This document shows, in pieces, positions 43,201 to 58,227 of a stretch of DNA of 64,000 nucleotides. The translations under genes and the position numbers were made by a program. The first letter of the stretch is position 1, and each line of letters opens with the position of its first letter. The DNA lies in the sequence record MK250029.1; one strand, given 5' to 3'. The notes under the pieces were generated by a model. The model made no database searches and was not told the DNA's origin. It worked only from the letters and a program-made list of their open reading frames with translations.

Positions 43201-45355
43201 TTCTTCTATCAGTAAGTTAAGACAAGATTTCGTTTAGGCTGATTATGATTCTAGTACATAGATTTATAATTATCTTAATGGTGACTTTAAAAATAGCATT
43301 ACTAATAATATAAATGGTATTAATAAAACTTTAACTGATTATATTAGAGATAATAATAAAGCTGTATCAGATCTTCATACTAAAGTTGACAATACTAAGA
43401 CAGAAATAATGACTCATGTTAATGCAAGTTATATTGAAGTTACAGGTAAAATCAATTCTGTTAATACAACATTAACAAAAGATATTAATACAAAATATAC
43501 TACGTTAGATGGTAAAATTAATGGTGTTAATACCACATTATCAGAATCTATTACAACTAAATATAATACATTAAATGATAGAATTACTTCTGTTAACAAT
43601 ACATTAACAAAGAGTATTGAAACAACAAATACTACTTTACAAGGTAATATTGATTCTGTTAATACTAATCTTATTAAACGTATTGATTCATATAATTCAT
43701 CATTAGCAAATTATACTGATGCTGAATCTACTAAATTATCAACTGCAATTAATAATGTAAATTCTACATTAACATAGAAAATAACATCAGAAATTTCTAC
43801 TGTAAATAGTTCTATTAAAGAGCTTAAAACATATGTAGATACTACATATTGGCAAAAGATAACAAACCATGTAGATACAAAAACATCTGCATTATCACAA
43901 CAGATTAAAACATTAGAAACAACTGTTAATAATAAATTAAACAATAATTTTGTAAGTAATGATGCTCTTAACACATTTGAAACAAAAATTAAACATTATG
44001 TAAATGATCAGGATAAGTTATATGATAGTTCTGTAAATGATTTATCAACAAGATTATCAACTACAAATACAAATCTTAAAAATCTTAAGGATCAATTTAC
44101 AGCATTAACATCAGAAAACGTAGACGGTACTATTAATACATACAAGGAAGTAGAAAAATTCTTAAAGAATATTAATGATACAACAACATTAGTTTAGTTA
44201 TTAGCAACTAATAAGCAAGAAGCTATTGATGCTGCTAATCAATATACAAATACAAGTATTAATAACTTTAAGAATAATTATATTACACCATAGTTTAATT
44301 CATATAATAGTAAATTTGATGCTATTGACGGAAGTGTAAATAATATTGAATCTAAAGTTACAAAATTAACATAGCAATCAAATACTTATTTAACTGCTAT
44401 CACTGCTGCAACAACAACAGCATTAGGTGGTATTAAATTAGGTTATGTTGATTCTGAAAAGAATGTAGCCGTAAGACTTTCAGAACAGAAAGCATATGTT
44501 ACTATTACAGATACTGCTATTAAGAAAGCTCTTGGTTTCACACCAGCTGCGCAAAATGCAAATGGTGAAGCATATACATTAACTGTTGCAAGTGATATTA
44601 AATTAGGTGGAATTAAAACCGGATATACACCAACAGGTGCAAATGCAAGTAAGCAATTGCCTGTTTCTGTTGATACAAATGGTGCTGCTTATGTAACACT
44701 TACAAATTCCGCTGTATCTGGAGCTTATACATATACATTACCAACTGCAAATCAATCTGAACTTGGTGGTATTAAAACAGGTTATAGAGATAATGGTAAT
44801 AACATACATGTAAAGGTTGATGGTTCAGGAAATGCATATGTAACACTTACTGAAACAGCAGTTAAAGGTGGATATAGTTATACATTACCAACTGCAGGTA
44901 CTTCTACACTTGGTGGTATTTGTACAGGATTTAGTAATACTGGTTCAAAAGTAAAAGTTGATATGAATAGTAATAATGCTTATGTCGAGATTACAAAAGC
45001 TGCAATTACAAATGCGTTAGGTTATACTCCATCACAACCAGTAACAGATGCAAATGGAAATCCAGTAGCTTATGTATTACCAACTGCAACTGGAAGTGTA
45101 TTAGGTGGTATTAAAACTGGTTATACTTTATCAAAATCAGGTACAACATTAAATATACCAGTTAATGTTGATGCGAAAGGTAATGCATATATAAGTATAA
45201 CATTAGCTGATTTATAGAGTATAGGTACAATAACAACAAATAATATTGCTGGAAATGTTACTACTATAATATAGTCTGATGAAGCATGGGTTACAAAACA
45301 ATAGTATGAAGGATTAGGAGATAAAGGCAGTAAGACTTATTACATTTATGAATAA
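37280..45355 (+). CDS. Giant tail-fibre-like protein, paralog 4 (2691 aa, TAG=Gln)
   Basis: LLPGQLTFAYYYD...VMAAVG N-domain; seven ORF-track fragments in one frame; long coiled coil with DSSIVNY/NTSIINY repeats; C-terminal LPTAxxxxLGGIKTG repeats. Confidence 0.88.
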
Positions 45356-45377
45356 TAATTCATTAATATTAAATAAT

Positions 45378-45415
45378 AAAAGAGGTATAGAAATATGATT
45401 TCTATACCTCTTTAT
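45378..45415. terminator. Bidirectional intrinsic terminator
   Basis: AAAAGAGGTATAGAAAT/ATTTCTATACCTCTTTT between convergent genes. Confidence 0.8.
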
Positions 45416-45417
45416 TT

Positions 45418-45765
45418 TTATTCTGTTTTCTTATTTCTCACTCTTCTTGTTTTCTTTGGTTTATTAATACCAAAGTCTTTTTCTATTTCATCTATAAAAG
45501 AATCTATTGATACTAATGCAGCAGGATCATCAATAAAAGGATCTAATTCCAAAAGAAACTGTGAAAAATCATTTCTATCTCTAAGAAATGCATTTAATCC
45601 TCTTCCTGAATCATAAACAAATTGAATTATAATATATCCATCAGGATCATTAATAAAACTAAAACCAATTGTTTGCTTTATATCAACAAATGTTTGTCCG
45701 ACTCTTATAAATGATTTTAATTTTCTATTTTTAAAAAACTCTTCATTCAATTCCAAATTATCCAT
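45418..45765 (-). CDS. Hypothetical protein (115 aa)
   Basis: Intact ORF directly after the RNase H-like gene. Confidence 0.75.
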   Translation of the reverse strand: MDNLELNEEFFKNRKLKSFIRVGQTFVDIKQTIGFSFINDPDGYIIIQFVYDSGRGLNAFLRDRNDFSQFLLELDPFIDDPAALVSIDSFIDEIEKDFGINKPKKTRRVRNKKTE

Positions 45766-45767
45766 AA

Positions 45768-46967
45768 TTATTCAAATAATGCATTTGCTGTTTTTACTGT
45801 TCCATCTGTATTAATATACTTATCCATTCCTTTAAAAATTTCTGCTTCAATTGCTTTCTTCTTATCATATCCTTCATATTGTGTACCCTTAAGTAATACT
45901 TGTGATTTAAGATTCCAGAAACTTTCAGATGGAATATCACCAATCATATAATCCAATGATTCTTTATAATCTTGTATATATTCAGGGAATAATTTACTAT
46001 TAAGTTCTACTAATACACGTTGACGCATTAATCGCTCACTGAAATCAATATCATTTATATCACGTTTACATACCTTCTCAAATACTGGTTTCAATTTATA
46101 TTCAGAATCTACCAAATCCTGTACAGTATTAATACCGATTATTTCACGGACTTTCTTTTCTTTACCAGGAGTAATTCTTACTTTACGTCCATCTTTATAC
46201 CAGTTATAAAATGAAGGAACACAATCACCATCATCACCACAGAAAATCTTATTAAGAACAACATCATTAGGGTTCTGTACAGATAATTCCATTATTGTAT
46301 TTGCTTGAAGTAATTGTTTAATGTATGTTTTTGACATATCTTCATTTTCAAAGAAAATATCAAAATTTGAATCTGCTGTATTATACCATGTTTCAAATGA
46401 TTCTGGAACATAAATATGTCTTTTACTTCCCTTCCCTTTACCTGTTGTATTATAGACGATACAATATTGATGTGTTATAGGATTAAAATCAATAAGCTAT
46501 CTAATATCAGCATCTGCACTTACTATAATAACATTATAATTTGGATATTTCTCAAAAACAATTTCTTTACACATTGCTGCAATATCATCTGCTTCACAAT
46601 GTTCAACTTTAGCAACATGCATAGAATTTTTTGATAAGATCTTAAGAAGATCATCAGAACACTGAAATATATTATCCCAATTAATTGACTCTGATTTCTT
46701 TCTATTTGATTTATATCCAGGATTTAAATCATCTCCTGGTAATACATCTTTACGCCATGCATGCTGTGAATCTGTTGCGATAATTACGTTTGTTGGTTTA
46801 AATATATTAAGAATTGAACATACATCCGTTGTAAATTTATACATAAATGAACGTACATCTTCAATTCTATTATAACCATTAACCTAACCATACAGACTAT
46901 TCATAAATAATGATCTGAATAAAAGGTTAGACCAATCCAATACCAATAATACTTTTTTACTTTCCAT
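45768..46967 (-). CDS. T4 RNase H-like 5'-3' exonuclease/flap endonuclease (399 aa, TAG=Gln)
   Basis: LLVLDWSNLLFR, IATDSQHAWRK, YKSNR, EADDIAA, VSADADIRQL, KIFCGDDGDCVP. Confidence 0.9.
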
Positions 46968-47050
46968 TTCTCTAAAATACGAAACTCGTTTTATTTTATA
47001 TAATTATTTATTAGTATTGTTTAGCTAAAGTAAATTTATATATACTTATA

Positions 47051-48409
47051 TTATTGTTCAACAATCTTATACCAATATAAATTATATTTTGACTCCTGTT
47101 GTTTAGGTTTATTTGTAAATTTTTTCACTGCTAATGCATAAGAAGCTTTAATAGTCAAATTAAATATTGGTTTTTTATAAGATTCCAAATTAGCTATATT
47201 TTCTGATACTATATTTGTAATATTAGTATCCTAAGTAATTATATCTGTATCACTGCTGTTAGGATCATTTTTTTTACCTTCTATATCACTGTTGTTTGAA
47301 TCATCTTTTTTATCTTCTGTATTATTATATAATATAGGAATATTCTTAGATGAAAAATTATCATAATTTAAACCAGTGACAACATCTATTATTCGCTCTT
47401 TATCTTTATTATTAGAATCTTCTTCATCTTTAACTATTATCTAAACATTATAGAATGGTACTATAAATATAGAATCTGCATATTTTTCTAATTTGACGTC
47501 TTTTTCGTCATATATTCTTGATATAAGTTTCTTAATTTGTTCTTTAAAACTAGACGTTAATTTTATATCAAAAATAGATTCCCATCTAATTAGACAACCT
47601 AATCTCTAATATAACATTATATCACATAATTTTAACGGTTGCTAATCATTTATGACATATTGATCAGTTTTTGATTTTAATTTATCATCATTTATAAACA
47701 ATGTAGGCATATACTTATTATTGAAATAAATCTTTCTACAATAATCCAAATTTCCGCTAGAAATAACGATATATAATTTACCAGATAATAATTCCTAAAC
47801 AGTAGGTACATATGTTCCATCATATTCTACTGTTTCTGTTCTATCTTCTATTTCTTTATTTTTCTGTTCTTTATCATAATTAATATATTCATATCCTATT
47901 GGCATTATAGAATAACTGTTTTCACTACTATTATCAAAAAAATATAATCCTTTATAGTCATCCTATGCTATATATGAATCATTTAACGCCTTTAAATATT
48001 CATATCCATATTCTACAAAAATATCTTCTAATGATGCTTCATTTGCATTGGTTGCGAATACAGGATTAAGTACACACCCAGCAAACTGCATTGCATTATA
48101 TGTTTTATTTGTATTATTAGGGTCTTTATACTCCTGAAAATAATCATATTTATAATAATTGTCATTTAATTTATTATTATCAAAATATGTCTCATTTTCT
48201 TTAACAATATATTCTTCTGCATTTATATCATGTCTATATGTACCATAATTTCTATAAAAGTCATTATTTACTTGATGTTCATCTGATGCAATATCAGCTA
48301 CTTTTTTATTTTCAATATCATATGATAATCTATCATAACGTGAAAAATCAAATATATTAGTATATGTCTTTAATATTTTCTCATATTCATTATTAACAAT
48401 ATCTGCCAT
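47051..48409 (-). CDS. Hypothetical, probably structural protein (452 aa, TAG=Gln)
   Basis: ORF-track fragment extends through TAGs to TAA at 47051; late-promoter-like box upstream. Confidence 0.7.
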
Positions 48410-48507
48410 ATTTATATATACGTATAAATATTTATAATATTTATTAAATGTATATCAACTATTTAAACAAATAAATATTTAAATCAATTTTAATACAATT
48501 TTATTAA

Positions 48508-50319
48508 ATGACAACAACAAAAGATAGTAATAAACTTACAATATATAAAGGTACTGATACAGATTATGCATTTATTCCTTTAGCATTTACACCGGATTCA
48601 TCTTATAACTTTACTAATGGTATTATTTAGAATGACGCATCAGTATATATGAAAAATATACCGCATGATTCTGATCTATATAATCTTATTAATACTAGTA
48701 TCATTGATGTTTCACCAATTAGAGAAAAGGATACTATAAATATAACACCAGGAAAATATAATATAAATGGATATTTAGATAATGATATGTTGACATATAT
48801 CATTAAACTATATTATATTGAAAATTTTAAATATACATTGGATGTGTCACAATATACTATAGAAAATGGTGAAAAGATAGATACATCAACGAGAGGAAAT
48901 ACTTATATGTTTACTATTACACCAAAACTAGAAGATGATTATATTGAAAATATTACTATTGGTTCTTCTCAAATACCTACAGAACCTGGTGGAGGAACTG
49001 GTTCCGGTGGATCTGGTTCCGGTGGAGGTGATACAAGCTCTGGAGAAACAGAAGATCCAAATAAAAAATATGATATTAAATTTAGTGTTGATGGAAATCA
49101 AACATTAACATTAACACGAATTGGGGCAACAAATAATTATAAATTAGGTGGAACTTTAGTTATTAAATATGAGTAGTCTGATAAATCTATTAAAAATGAT
49201 ATAGGAACAATTAGTACTAATAATCCTAATTATTCATTATTAATATTTTTAGGAAATAAAAGCAATACTGTTCAAATACAAAAAATTGACGGATATAATA
49301 AAACAACAGGTTTATGGGAAGGTGAAATTAATATAAATTTAGATAAAATAACACCACAATATATATTAACATCAGGTGAAACTGTTAGCTGTGAATTACA
49401 TATGAAAATATCAAAAGATGTACCAATTTTTTCAAAACATGGTTCACTATTAAATTCATATGTTGTATAGAATAATTAGGATATGGATAATTTAGGTTTA
49501 TATAAATTTAAAATAAATAATATTGATGTTCCAAATTTAAAAGCATATTTCTTATAGCCTATTATAAGATGTTATGGAACATGGCAACAAACAGTATTAA
49601 ATGTAATGAGCATAAATAATTATGTTAGTGGTATTTTTATTATTGTATCAGATAGAATATTACCAAATTCTACAATAGTTTCTAATAAAACTAATACAAT
49701 GATACCAGAGTTTTATCTTAGTAATTTTAAAGTTGGTTCAACATAGAATAACAGTATATTTACTTCTTCACTTAATAATAATAATACCGTTGTATTAGAT
49801 GGACCTCCTATATTTTTATATGATGAAAATGAGAAGCAAACTGAAATACAGTATTATAAATTAGATAGTAGTATATTTAATGAAAAATATTTTAAATATA
49901 ATTCAGGAAATAAATTTCCTGTTCCTGCTAGTACAGAACGTAAAAAAAATATTATTAACTTAAATAACTATAAATATCTTATGTATGAATATGTTAATGA
50001 TAGGTATAACCATTATTGTGGAGCACAATTGTCTAATGCAGATTTAAGTTTATATGCAGATAAAGGGAAAATATTTAATGTAGTATATGAAGTATGGTCG
50101 TATATCACAAGTAATTTATAGCCTTCTATAAATACACCAATAAAAAATCGAGATGGTGAATATATATTAAAAGCAATGAGACCAATAGATAAATTGGATC
50201 CAGATGGTACACCGTCAATTACGACGACATATAGAGAAACTGTAAAATAGTATAATTTATATAGTTTTAAATTATCAACAACAGATTTATCAACAGGTAT
50301 ATATGAATATGTATATTAA
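48508..50319 (+). CDS. Hypothetical beta-rich virion-type protein (603 aa, TAG=Gln) with a Gly/Ser linker
   Basis: ATG 48508 in frame with the track fragment; PGGGTGSGGSGSGGG linker; open to TAA 50319. Confidence 0.75.
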
Positions 50320-50366
50320 ATATAAAAGAGAGATAGAACTTCACAATATTCTATCTCTCTTTATTT

Positions 50367-52214
50367 TTATGAAAATATCATATATTTGATTTTTATAGGA
50401 ATTTCATTAGGATTATATACCAATAAACTCTATAATAAATTTTTAGTTTTTAATTGTTTATCATCATCTTTCCCAATTATCATATATCCGTCACCGATTC
50501 TTAACCATAAATCATTAGATGACAAATATTCCATATACTTATATAATCCTATTACACATTCAACTGATGTATCATCATGTGAATCAACAAATTTTACATT
50601 TGTTTTATTAGGATTATTTTCCCATAAATCATTATCTTCTGAATTTCTATTTGCATCTATATACATATCAGGATCATGATATTTTATAGGCTCATCATCA
50701 AAAACTCTTTTTTCTTGTGTTGCAGGTAATCTATAAAATTCATCATTTATATTCCAATCTGTGTCATATGCAGGTATATATAAATTATCAAAACTATTTG
50801 TGAAACCGTCATTTGATGAAATATCATTTAATGGTAAATTATCATAATCTTCTATATAAGCACGTTTCTCTTCTGGTATAAGTGCATTTATCTATACAGT
50901 AGCTAATGCTTTTTCAAATAGTGTTGCTTTCTTTTTTGATATAATATTACCTTCATAGTAATTACTTAATCTTTCAATTGATACCGGAACACAGACTTCA
51001 AGCTAATCTGCAACATGATTTACCCATAATACATTTGAGTCATATTCTTCATCATTTGGCCAATTAGGAATTAATACAATACCACGCATTGCTCCATTAG
51101 GATATTTTACATTTCCTATACGTCTGTTTAAATCTTCATAACAATTAGATGGTCCAACCGAATTCATCATTTTAAATATAAAATCTTTAATAGCATCTAA
51201 TATTTTAACTATATCATATATATTATACAATGATAAAGGTTTTGTAAAATATTTCTAATAAATCTAAGGATATTTTTGTATTATAATATCATTGAATTTC
51301 TTTGAAAATATTAAAACACCATTCTATTCAAAACATGGTAAGAAAAATCTTTTGATAACATCTATTTCATAAACAAATGTATTAAAATCATCTGTTATAG
51401 TATCACTCAATTTTAAAAACTCTCTGTATATATCACAATTAATTTTATAATTATTAAGTTTAGAATTATCTGTTTTATCACCTACCAATCTAGGTTTATA
51501 TTTTTCCAATAAACTTATAATGAAATCTTTTGTAATAACAGGTTCAACAAATGGAGAATCTTCAAATTCACCAATATCTCCCTTATTATTTTCATCATTT
51601 CTTAATATAGGAATAATCTTAACATTCCTTACTATAAAATCATATCCTTCTTCTGTACTTTGAAAGTTTATATAGTCTATTTGTTTCCTAGAACTCTCTG
51701 TATCGTCATAACTTTTAATAGATATAGAAACAGGTACCTTCAACTTATTTAATTGATTCTGAACCAAATTTACAAATGCTCCGTATGTTTCTCTCACTGT
51801 CTCACTCTCTACATGAACATTACAAACCTTATTATTTTGTTTATATAAAATATCAAATCCTATATTACAATAACTTTCATAATCTTCTATAGATGAAATA
51901 ATATCGCTTATTAAGAAAAACTGTGATTTATATGTTTCTCCGTATTCATTACCTTGTAAAAGATATGCGGAATGTGGTTGAAGTATTTTAGTTTCTACTG
52001 TATACTAAGTTATACCGGCAGCATGTATAGTCGATAAATTAATAGATGCAAGAATATTTCCATTTGAATCTGTTATTTGTCCTTCTGAACCGGATATATC
52101 AAATGATGTATCTTTTTCATTTATTGTTGATGTACATGCATAACCAGAATTTGCTACATTATTATTTTTTGAATATAATTGATAAAATAAATTTTTATTC
52201 TTTGTTGTTGCCAT
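50367..52214 (-). CDS. Hypothetical, probably structural protein (615 aa, TAG=Gln)
   Basis: Four ORF-track fragments share a frame; late-promoter-like box at 52239; stop next to a bidirectional terminator at about 50325-50365. Confidence 0.75.
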
Positions 52215-52305
52215 TTCTGGAATATAATTCACTTTTTATATTTATTAAAAAATGGAATCTATAACAATAATAGATTCCATTTTATTAACTATGTAATTTT
52301 TATAA

Positions 52306-55300
52306 TTAAGCATTTCTGAAGAAACCATCGATTGTAGTATTCTTGAAATAGAAAGTAACTCTACCTTGTGTAGAGGCATTATTTCCATAATAATTATGAT
52401 TTGTCTAACCTGGTCGTAATGGATGTTGAACACCTTTTTTCTATACATTATTATGTTGTTGAGCATTAGCAGGCGTACCAGTATTAGTTGTAATAAGATC
52501 TAATAATTCTCTAATACCATCAAATCTATTGAGAATCGCATTCTCATCAAGTCTATCAAATGAATTCTTCATTCTATCAACTGCTACTGCAATATTATTA
52601 ATCTTATTAGCAAATTGCTATAATGCATTATTACGTGCTTTTTCTTTATTAATAATTTCATCATCTAATGATTTTAATGCTCTACGTGCGGCTTCAAGTT
52701 TAGTTGTATATATTTCAACTTTACTTGTAGTAACTTGTATCTATGCAGTAAATGTTTTTAATCTTGCCGTATATGTACGCATAGAACCAGAAGTAACATT
52801 CATATTTCTATTAATTTCTGGAGATGTTAATCTCTTTATATTATTAATAAACATATTTATATGAATTCCTAACTGTTTCTGGCGTTGCATTTCTCTTGAC
52901 AGATAAATCATTTTCTTTGCAATCTCTAAATAAAGATCCATAAATTGCGCAGTTCTCCTGAAATCAATACGATCAGAAGCTTTTGAAACACCTATCATCT
53001 GTCGTTGCATTTTTGTTAATACATTACCAAAATTAGTAACTGCTGTAATAGGTTTAACTTTAGTATTAAATGATAATTGATTTATTATTTTCCTATATAC
53101 ACCAACAACTTTATATACAGAAACTACAAATTTCTGTGCAATATCAGCAGATGGTTTTGAGGTTTCAAATATTTTACCACTTATACTAAAATATGTAGCT
53201 AACTATGTTAATACAGATGTAAACTTAGATGCAACTTCATTTCCTTGCGATAAAACTTTACCCTTATCATCTGTCATTGCTGTTATTATTCTCTTAAGAT
53301 TATCTACAGATGTTTTAATTGTTTTCATTACAGCATTGACTACTTTAGCGGTTGATTGAATTTTATTATATTTTTCCATATTTTCTTTTTTAGAAAGATT
53401 ATTAGAAATAATAGTAATAAAATCAACAAACGCATTTGCAATGTTTTGAGATATTGTTCTTATAAATTTAGGTTGTAAACATAAATAATCCTTTGACTAT
53501 GCAGTAGTTCCCTTTTTATTAGATGTTAATGATAAGAAAGGTTTTAATGTATTTGAAAACTCTTTTACTGCTTTCATAATAGGATTAATAGTATTCTTTA
53601 TAATATCTGCAATACTTTCCGCTTTCTCTATAAAACCTTCATTTGCAAAACTCTTTACAAGGTAATTTATAAATTCTACAAACATCCTACCTACTTCTCT
53701 TGCAGCGTTAGTAAATGCACCACGTTTTAATTTCTTCATTATCGGTATTAATTTACCATCTTTATCTTTAACATAATGATCTACATATACACCTGTTGCT
53801 AATTTAAGAATTGCATCAACATACTGACCAACTCCTTCCATAACAGGTCCAATAGAACCACCTATTGCATTTAATGCATCTTCCGTTTTATTTCCCCAGA
53901 ATGAACCATGTCGTTCAAATACTGTTACTAATTGATCTACAAAATAAGAAAATGTTGTAGCAACAGAAATTGCTGCCATTATAAAATCAATTGGTGTCAC
54001 TTTAGCAAGATGTGGTACAGTATAATTACCATCTTTATCTTTCATATAATAATCTGTATATGTACCCGTTGCTAATTTCATAATAGCATCAACAAATTTA
54101 CCTACACCTTCCATAATAGGCATAATAGAATCTTTCATTGCATCCATTGCCCATATCATATTAGGTTGTAATTGATTAAAAGATTTTCCTAACTAAACAA
54201 TGAAATCACCAAAACGTTCTGAAACAAATGTTGCAGATGTAGAAAATATAGAAGGATCTACCTATTCATATTCAGGTTTACCATTTTTATCGTAACCTGT
54301 TACTATTTGCATTGTAGAAACTTTAATTACTGCATCAACAAATTTTGAAACTGCATCCATAACAGGTTCCATAACCTATCCTATTGTAGCAATAGCAAAC
54401 ATTGCAGTTGAGCTCATCTTACTAAAACCATTACTTAAATGCTATAAGAATAGGTTAAACTATAATGAAACAGCAGATGCTGCTTTACTAAATTCAGTAG
54501 ATGATATTTTTTTAAATATGGGTTTCTTATTATTATCATAACCAATTATATATGTACCTGTTGCAACTTTCATTACGACATCTACAAATTTACCAACTGT
54601 ATCTATAATAGGATTTAATGCTAATGTTAATACAGATAAGACTACAATTTTCAAAGCATCTAAGCCTTTAAAACCATTACTTAATCCTGTTAAGAATTCT
54701 GTGAATCCTTTTGTAACAGCAGAAGCTGCATCTGCAAATACAGTTGCAGGTAAATGTTCATACATAGGTTTACCATTATCATCATAACCAGCAATATAAT
54801 TCATTGTTGCAATCTTCATAATAATATCAATGTAATCTGATATTGTTGTTAATATAGGACGTAATGCCATTGAAACTATTAATGCCATTGTCTTACCGTC
54901 AAAATCTCCAAATGCTTTAACAATTGCTTGCATTGAACCAAGAACACTATTTGATTTACCTAACATTATTTCTGAGAATGTTTGAATCATCTTTGAATCA
55001 CAAATTTCTGTTATATATTTCATCTACATAACAGTTAATGTCAATACACCAAATACTGCCATAATAATAGGAGCGAATGCGCCAGCTGCAATTGCCTATG
55101 CCATTTGTATAGGGTTCGGTGCAGCAGCTTTTATAACATCATACATTACGTCAAATAAAGTAACAGATGTTTTACCTATTTTCTTAAGTTGTTCTTCATT
55201 ATATGGTAACATTAATTCCAATGCTTTCATAAATAAAATCATTGTACCTGATACTAATGTCATTATACCTGCGATCGCAGTCATAACTACTGCACCAGCA

Positions 55301-58227
55301 GCAATAAAAGGAAGAAGTGGAGTCATTGTACCTAATGCTGTCATTATAACACCCATAACTGCTAATAATGCAACCATTGTTCCTGCACCTAAGAATACTG
55401 CACCGTCTTTATTAAAGTCATCTATCTTTTTACATTCATATGAGAATAATAACATTGTTCCTCCAATAATATCAAGTAATGCACCTATAGCTATCATTAA
55501 TGCTCCGCCTTCTGCAATCTTTTCAGAATATTTTTTAAGTTTACCGACATTATAAAGTATTAAACCCATTAAACCCATCATTATTGTCATAGTTAATGCA
55601 CCTAATACAACTGCACCACCATCATTTAATTGATAAAGTTTTCTGGATTCTATAGCAAATAATAAGCAAGCTGTGCCTGTTATTAACATAACAAGTCCGA
55701 TTTCCATCATTATTTTAGCACCCTATTTAATAGCAATCTTATGTTTTAAATTCATTTTACCAATTGCAAATAAAATTGCACCAAATATTGCAATAATTCC
55801 TAACACAACACCTGCACCATCCTATGCTTCAGGCCCCTTTTTACCTATAGGAATCAATATATCTTTAGTAATTAAAGAAATACCCAATAAAATAAATGCC
55901 ATAGCTGCAGTTGCTAATATAGCGTATCCTGCTTTTTTACCATCAACATTAGATAATATATATGTACCAAATATAAGAGTGATAATAATGAATAATGTTA
56001 TACCCATACCTATACCTGCTTCTTTACCATTCTAACCAATTGGTATTAATAAATCTTTAGTAATCAAAGCAATACCCATATAAATGACAGCTAATACAAC
56101 AGTTGCTGCTAATCCCCATAATGCACGTTTACCGTTTACTTTATTTAATAATTTAACACCAAATACTAATCCCGCAATTATTGTAAGCGTAATAATTGCG
56201 CCGACTATTACATCATCTGCTTGCTTACTCATAGGAATTAATAATGTTAATGATATAATTGAAACTAACGCGAAAATTAATGATATTTTTAATAAATTAG
56301 ATGTTCCTTGCTCTATATCTTTATTTGCTTTAGCTATATATTTAACTGCAAAAATACCTAATGCTATAACTAATGAAACAACAAGTCCACCTGCCATAAC
56401 ATCTCCTAAACTATTACCTATTGGTGCTAATAAAGTTGCAGATACCAAAGCAATTATAGCAAATACTCCTGCAATCTTTAACATTGCATTTGTTGATGCG
56501 TTAAGATTTTTAGAATCTATAGAAGATAATTTATTCACAAGATAAACTGAACCTGCAACAAATAATGTCAATATTCCTAATGATGCTATAATTGTTTTAA
56601 CACTATTATTCTTTACCGTTAATGCTAATAATAATAAAGACACAGACAATGACATTACCATTAAACCAATACCAGTTAATACACCTTGAGCATATTTTAA
56701 ACTTTTATCAAGTTTCTGATCTGATAAATCTTTTATTAAATTCTTAAATCCATTTACAGCAAATCTTAATATTAATAAACTGACTACTACTGTACCAATA
56801 CCAACTAATTTAGTTACTAATGATAATGCTATTAATATACCACCAATAGTTCCTATTGATATTGATAACATTCTTATAATATCACATGAATTTTTTACAT
56901 CTTTTTTACTTAAATCTGTTACTAAATCTGTTACTGTAGTTTTCATGAATTTAATTAAATAACGAACAACAAGTACAGATTCAACTATTGTTTTAAATGA
57001 TGTAACTTTTATAGTTAATGCAATGAATATAACACCTAATAATAATGATCGCATTGCATCATCCCATGCTTTAAAAAAAACAGATATAGCATTAACTTGT
57101 TTTACATCCCATTTTTGAGATAATATAGTATTAAAGAAATCAACCAATTTCTTTGCACGTTTTTCAGTTAATGAACTTACAGTAAATATAAAGTTTAATA
57201 TCTGTACTTTTTTAATATCAAATAACGCGTTTAATATTGCAAGCATACTATTGACTGTATTCTCTACTCGCTTACCGCTTGGTATTTCGTTAATAAATGT
57301 AGAAAAGAAATTTGCAAGTATTTTTGCTGTAAATCCATTTAATGTTTTAGCTAATTTAAAAACAGAGAATTTCTGATCTGGATCTGCAAGTTTTACAAGT
57401 GGATCTAATATACCGCCTAAATACTTTATACTTTCATCTACTTTTAAATCACCTTTAAGATATTTAGAAATTGACTTAATAAACTATCCTAATTGTCTAC
57501 CTAATAACCAGCCTCTAATTGGATTTAAACTGATTTTCATTTTAAATACATTAGAATCAACTAATTTAGATATACCACCCATTAAATCTCCTATAGGTTT
57601 AATAAGCTTTTCTATATCTTTCTATTTAGGATTTGCTTTACTGATAGAATTAATTAATGTGGTAATAAATTTACCCATTCGCTTTGCTGATTTTACGTCT
57701 AATTTGTTTATATTCTTCTATAGTGTAATCATATCTATAGCAACTAATGTAGACATTGTTTCAACAACAGCTTTTATAATACCAACACTTTTACCTACCT
57801 ATTTAGAATTCTATAATGTTAGTCCCTAAATAAAATCAACAATATTCTTTGCACCTTCTGCATTTATTTCAGTCATCTTATTAATAGCTTTCAAGAAACT
57901 ATCAATATTATCAAATGTATCATTATCGACTTTAAGACTTGATAAAACAGTATTTACATTTCCTATAGATGTGGCAACTTTATTTAATACGTCATTATCT
58001 ATTGATTCCATTGCAACTAGTCCTTTTGACAGTTTCTCTAACTATTCTCCGACTGTTGCTGCTGATTCATCTTTAGCTGTCTCAACAATACCCTATAACA
58101 AACTTACTATAGTACTATCAGCTTTCTATTCAAGAGTTTCTTTCTTTTTCTCTTCATGCTGATTTACCATAGTATCAAGAATGTTAAAAATACCATTAAG
58201 TGCTTCTTCAGAAGACATTTGTGCCAT
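52306..58227 (-). CDS. Tape-measure-like protein (1973 aa, TAG=Gln)
   Basis: Seven track fragments in one frame from ATG 58227; long Ala/Ile/Leu/Gly-rich helical repeats with hydrophobic segments. Confidence 0.8.

Noticed and set aside
12522-58227. The many short ORF-track fragments as separate genes or pseudogenes
   Set aside because: They share one frame per gene and are separated only by TAG, so they are artefacts of using the standard code
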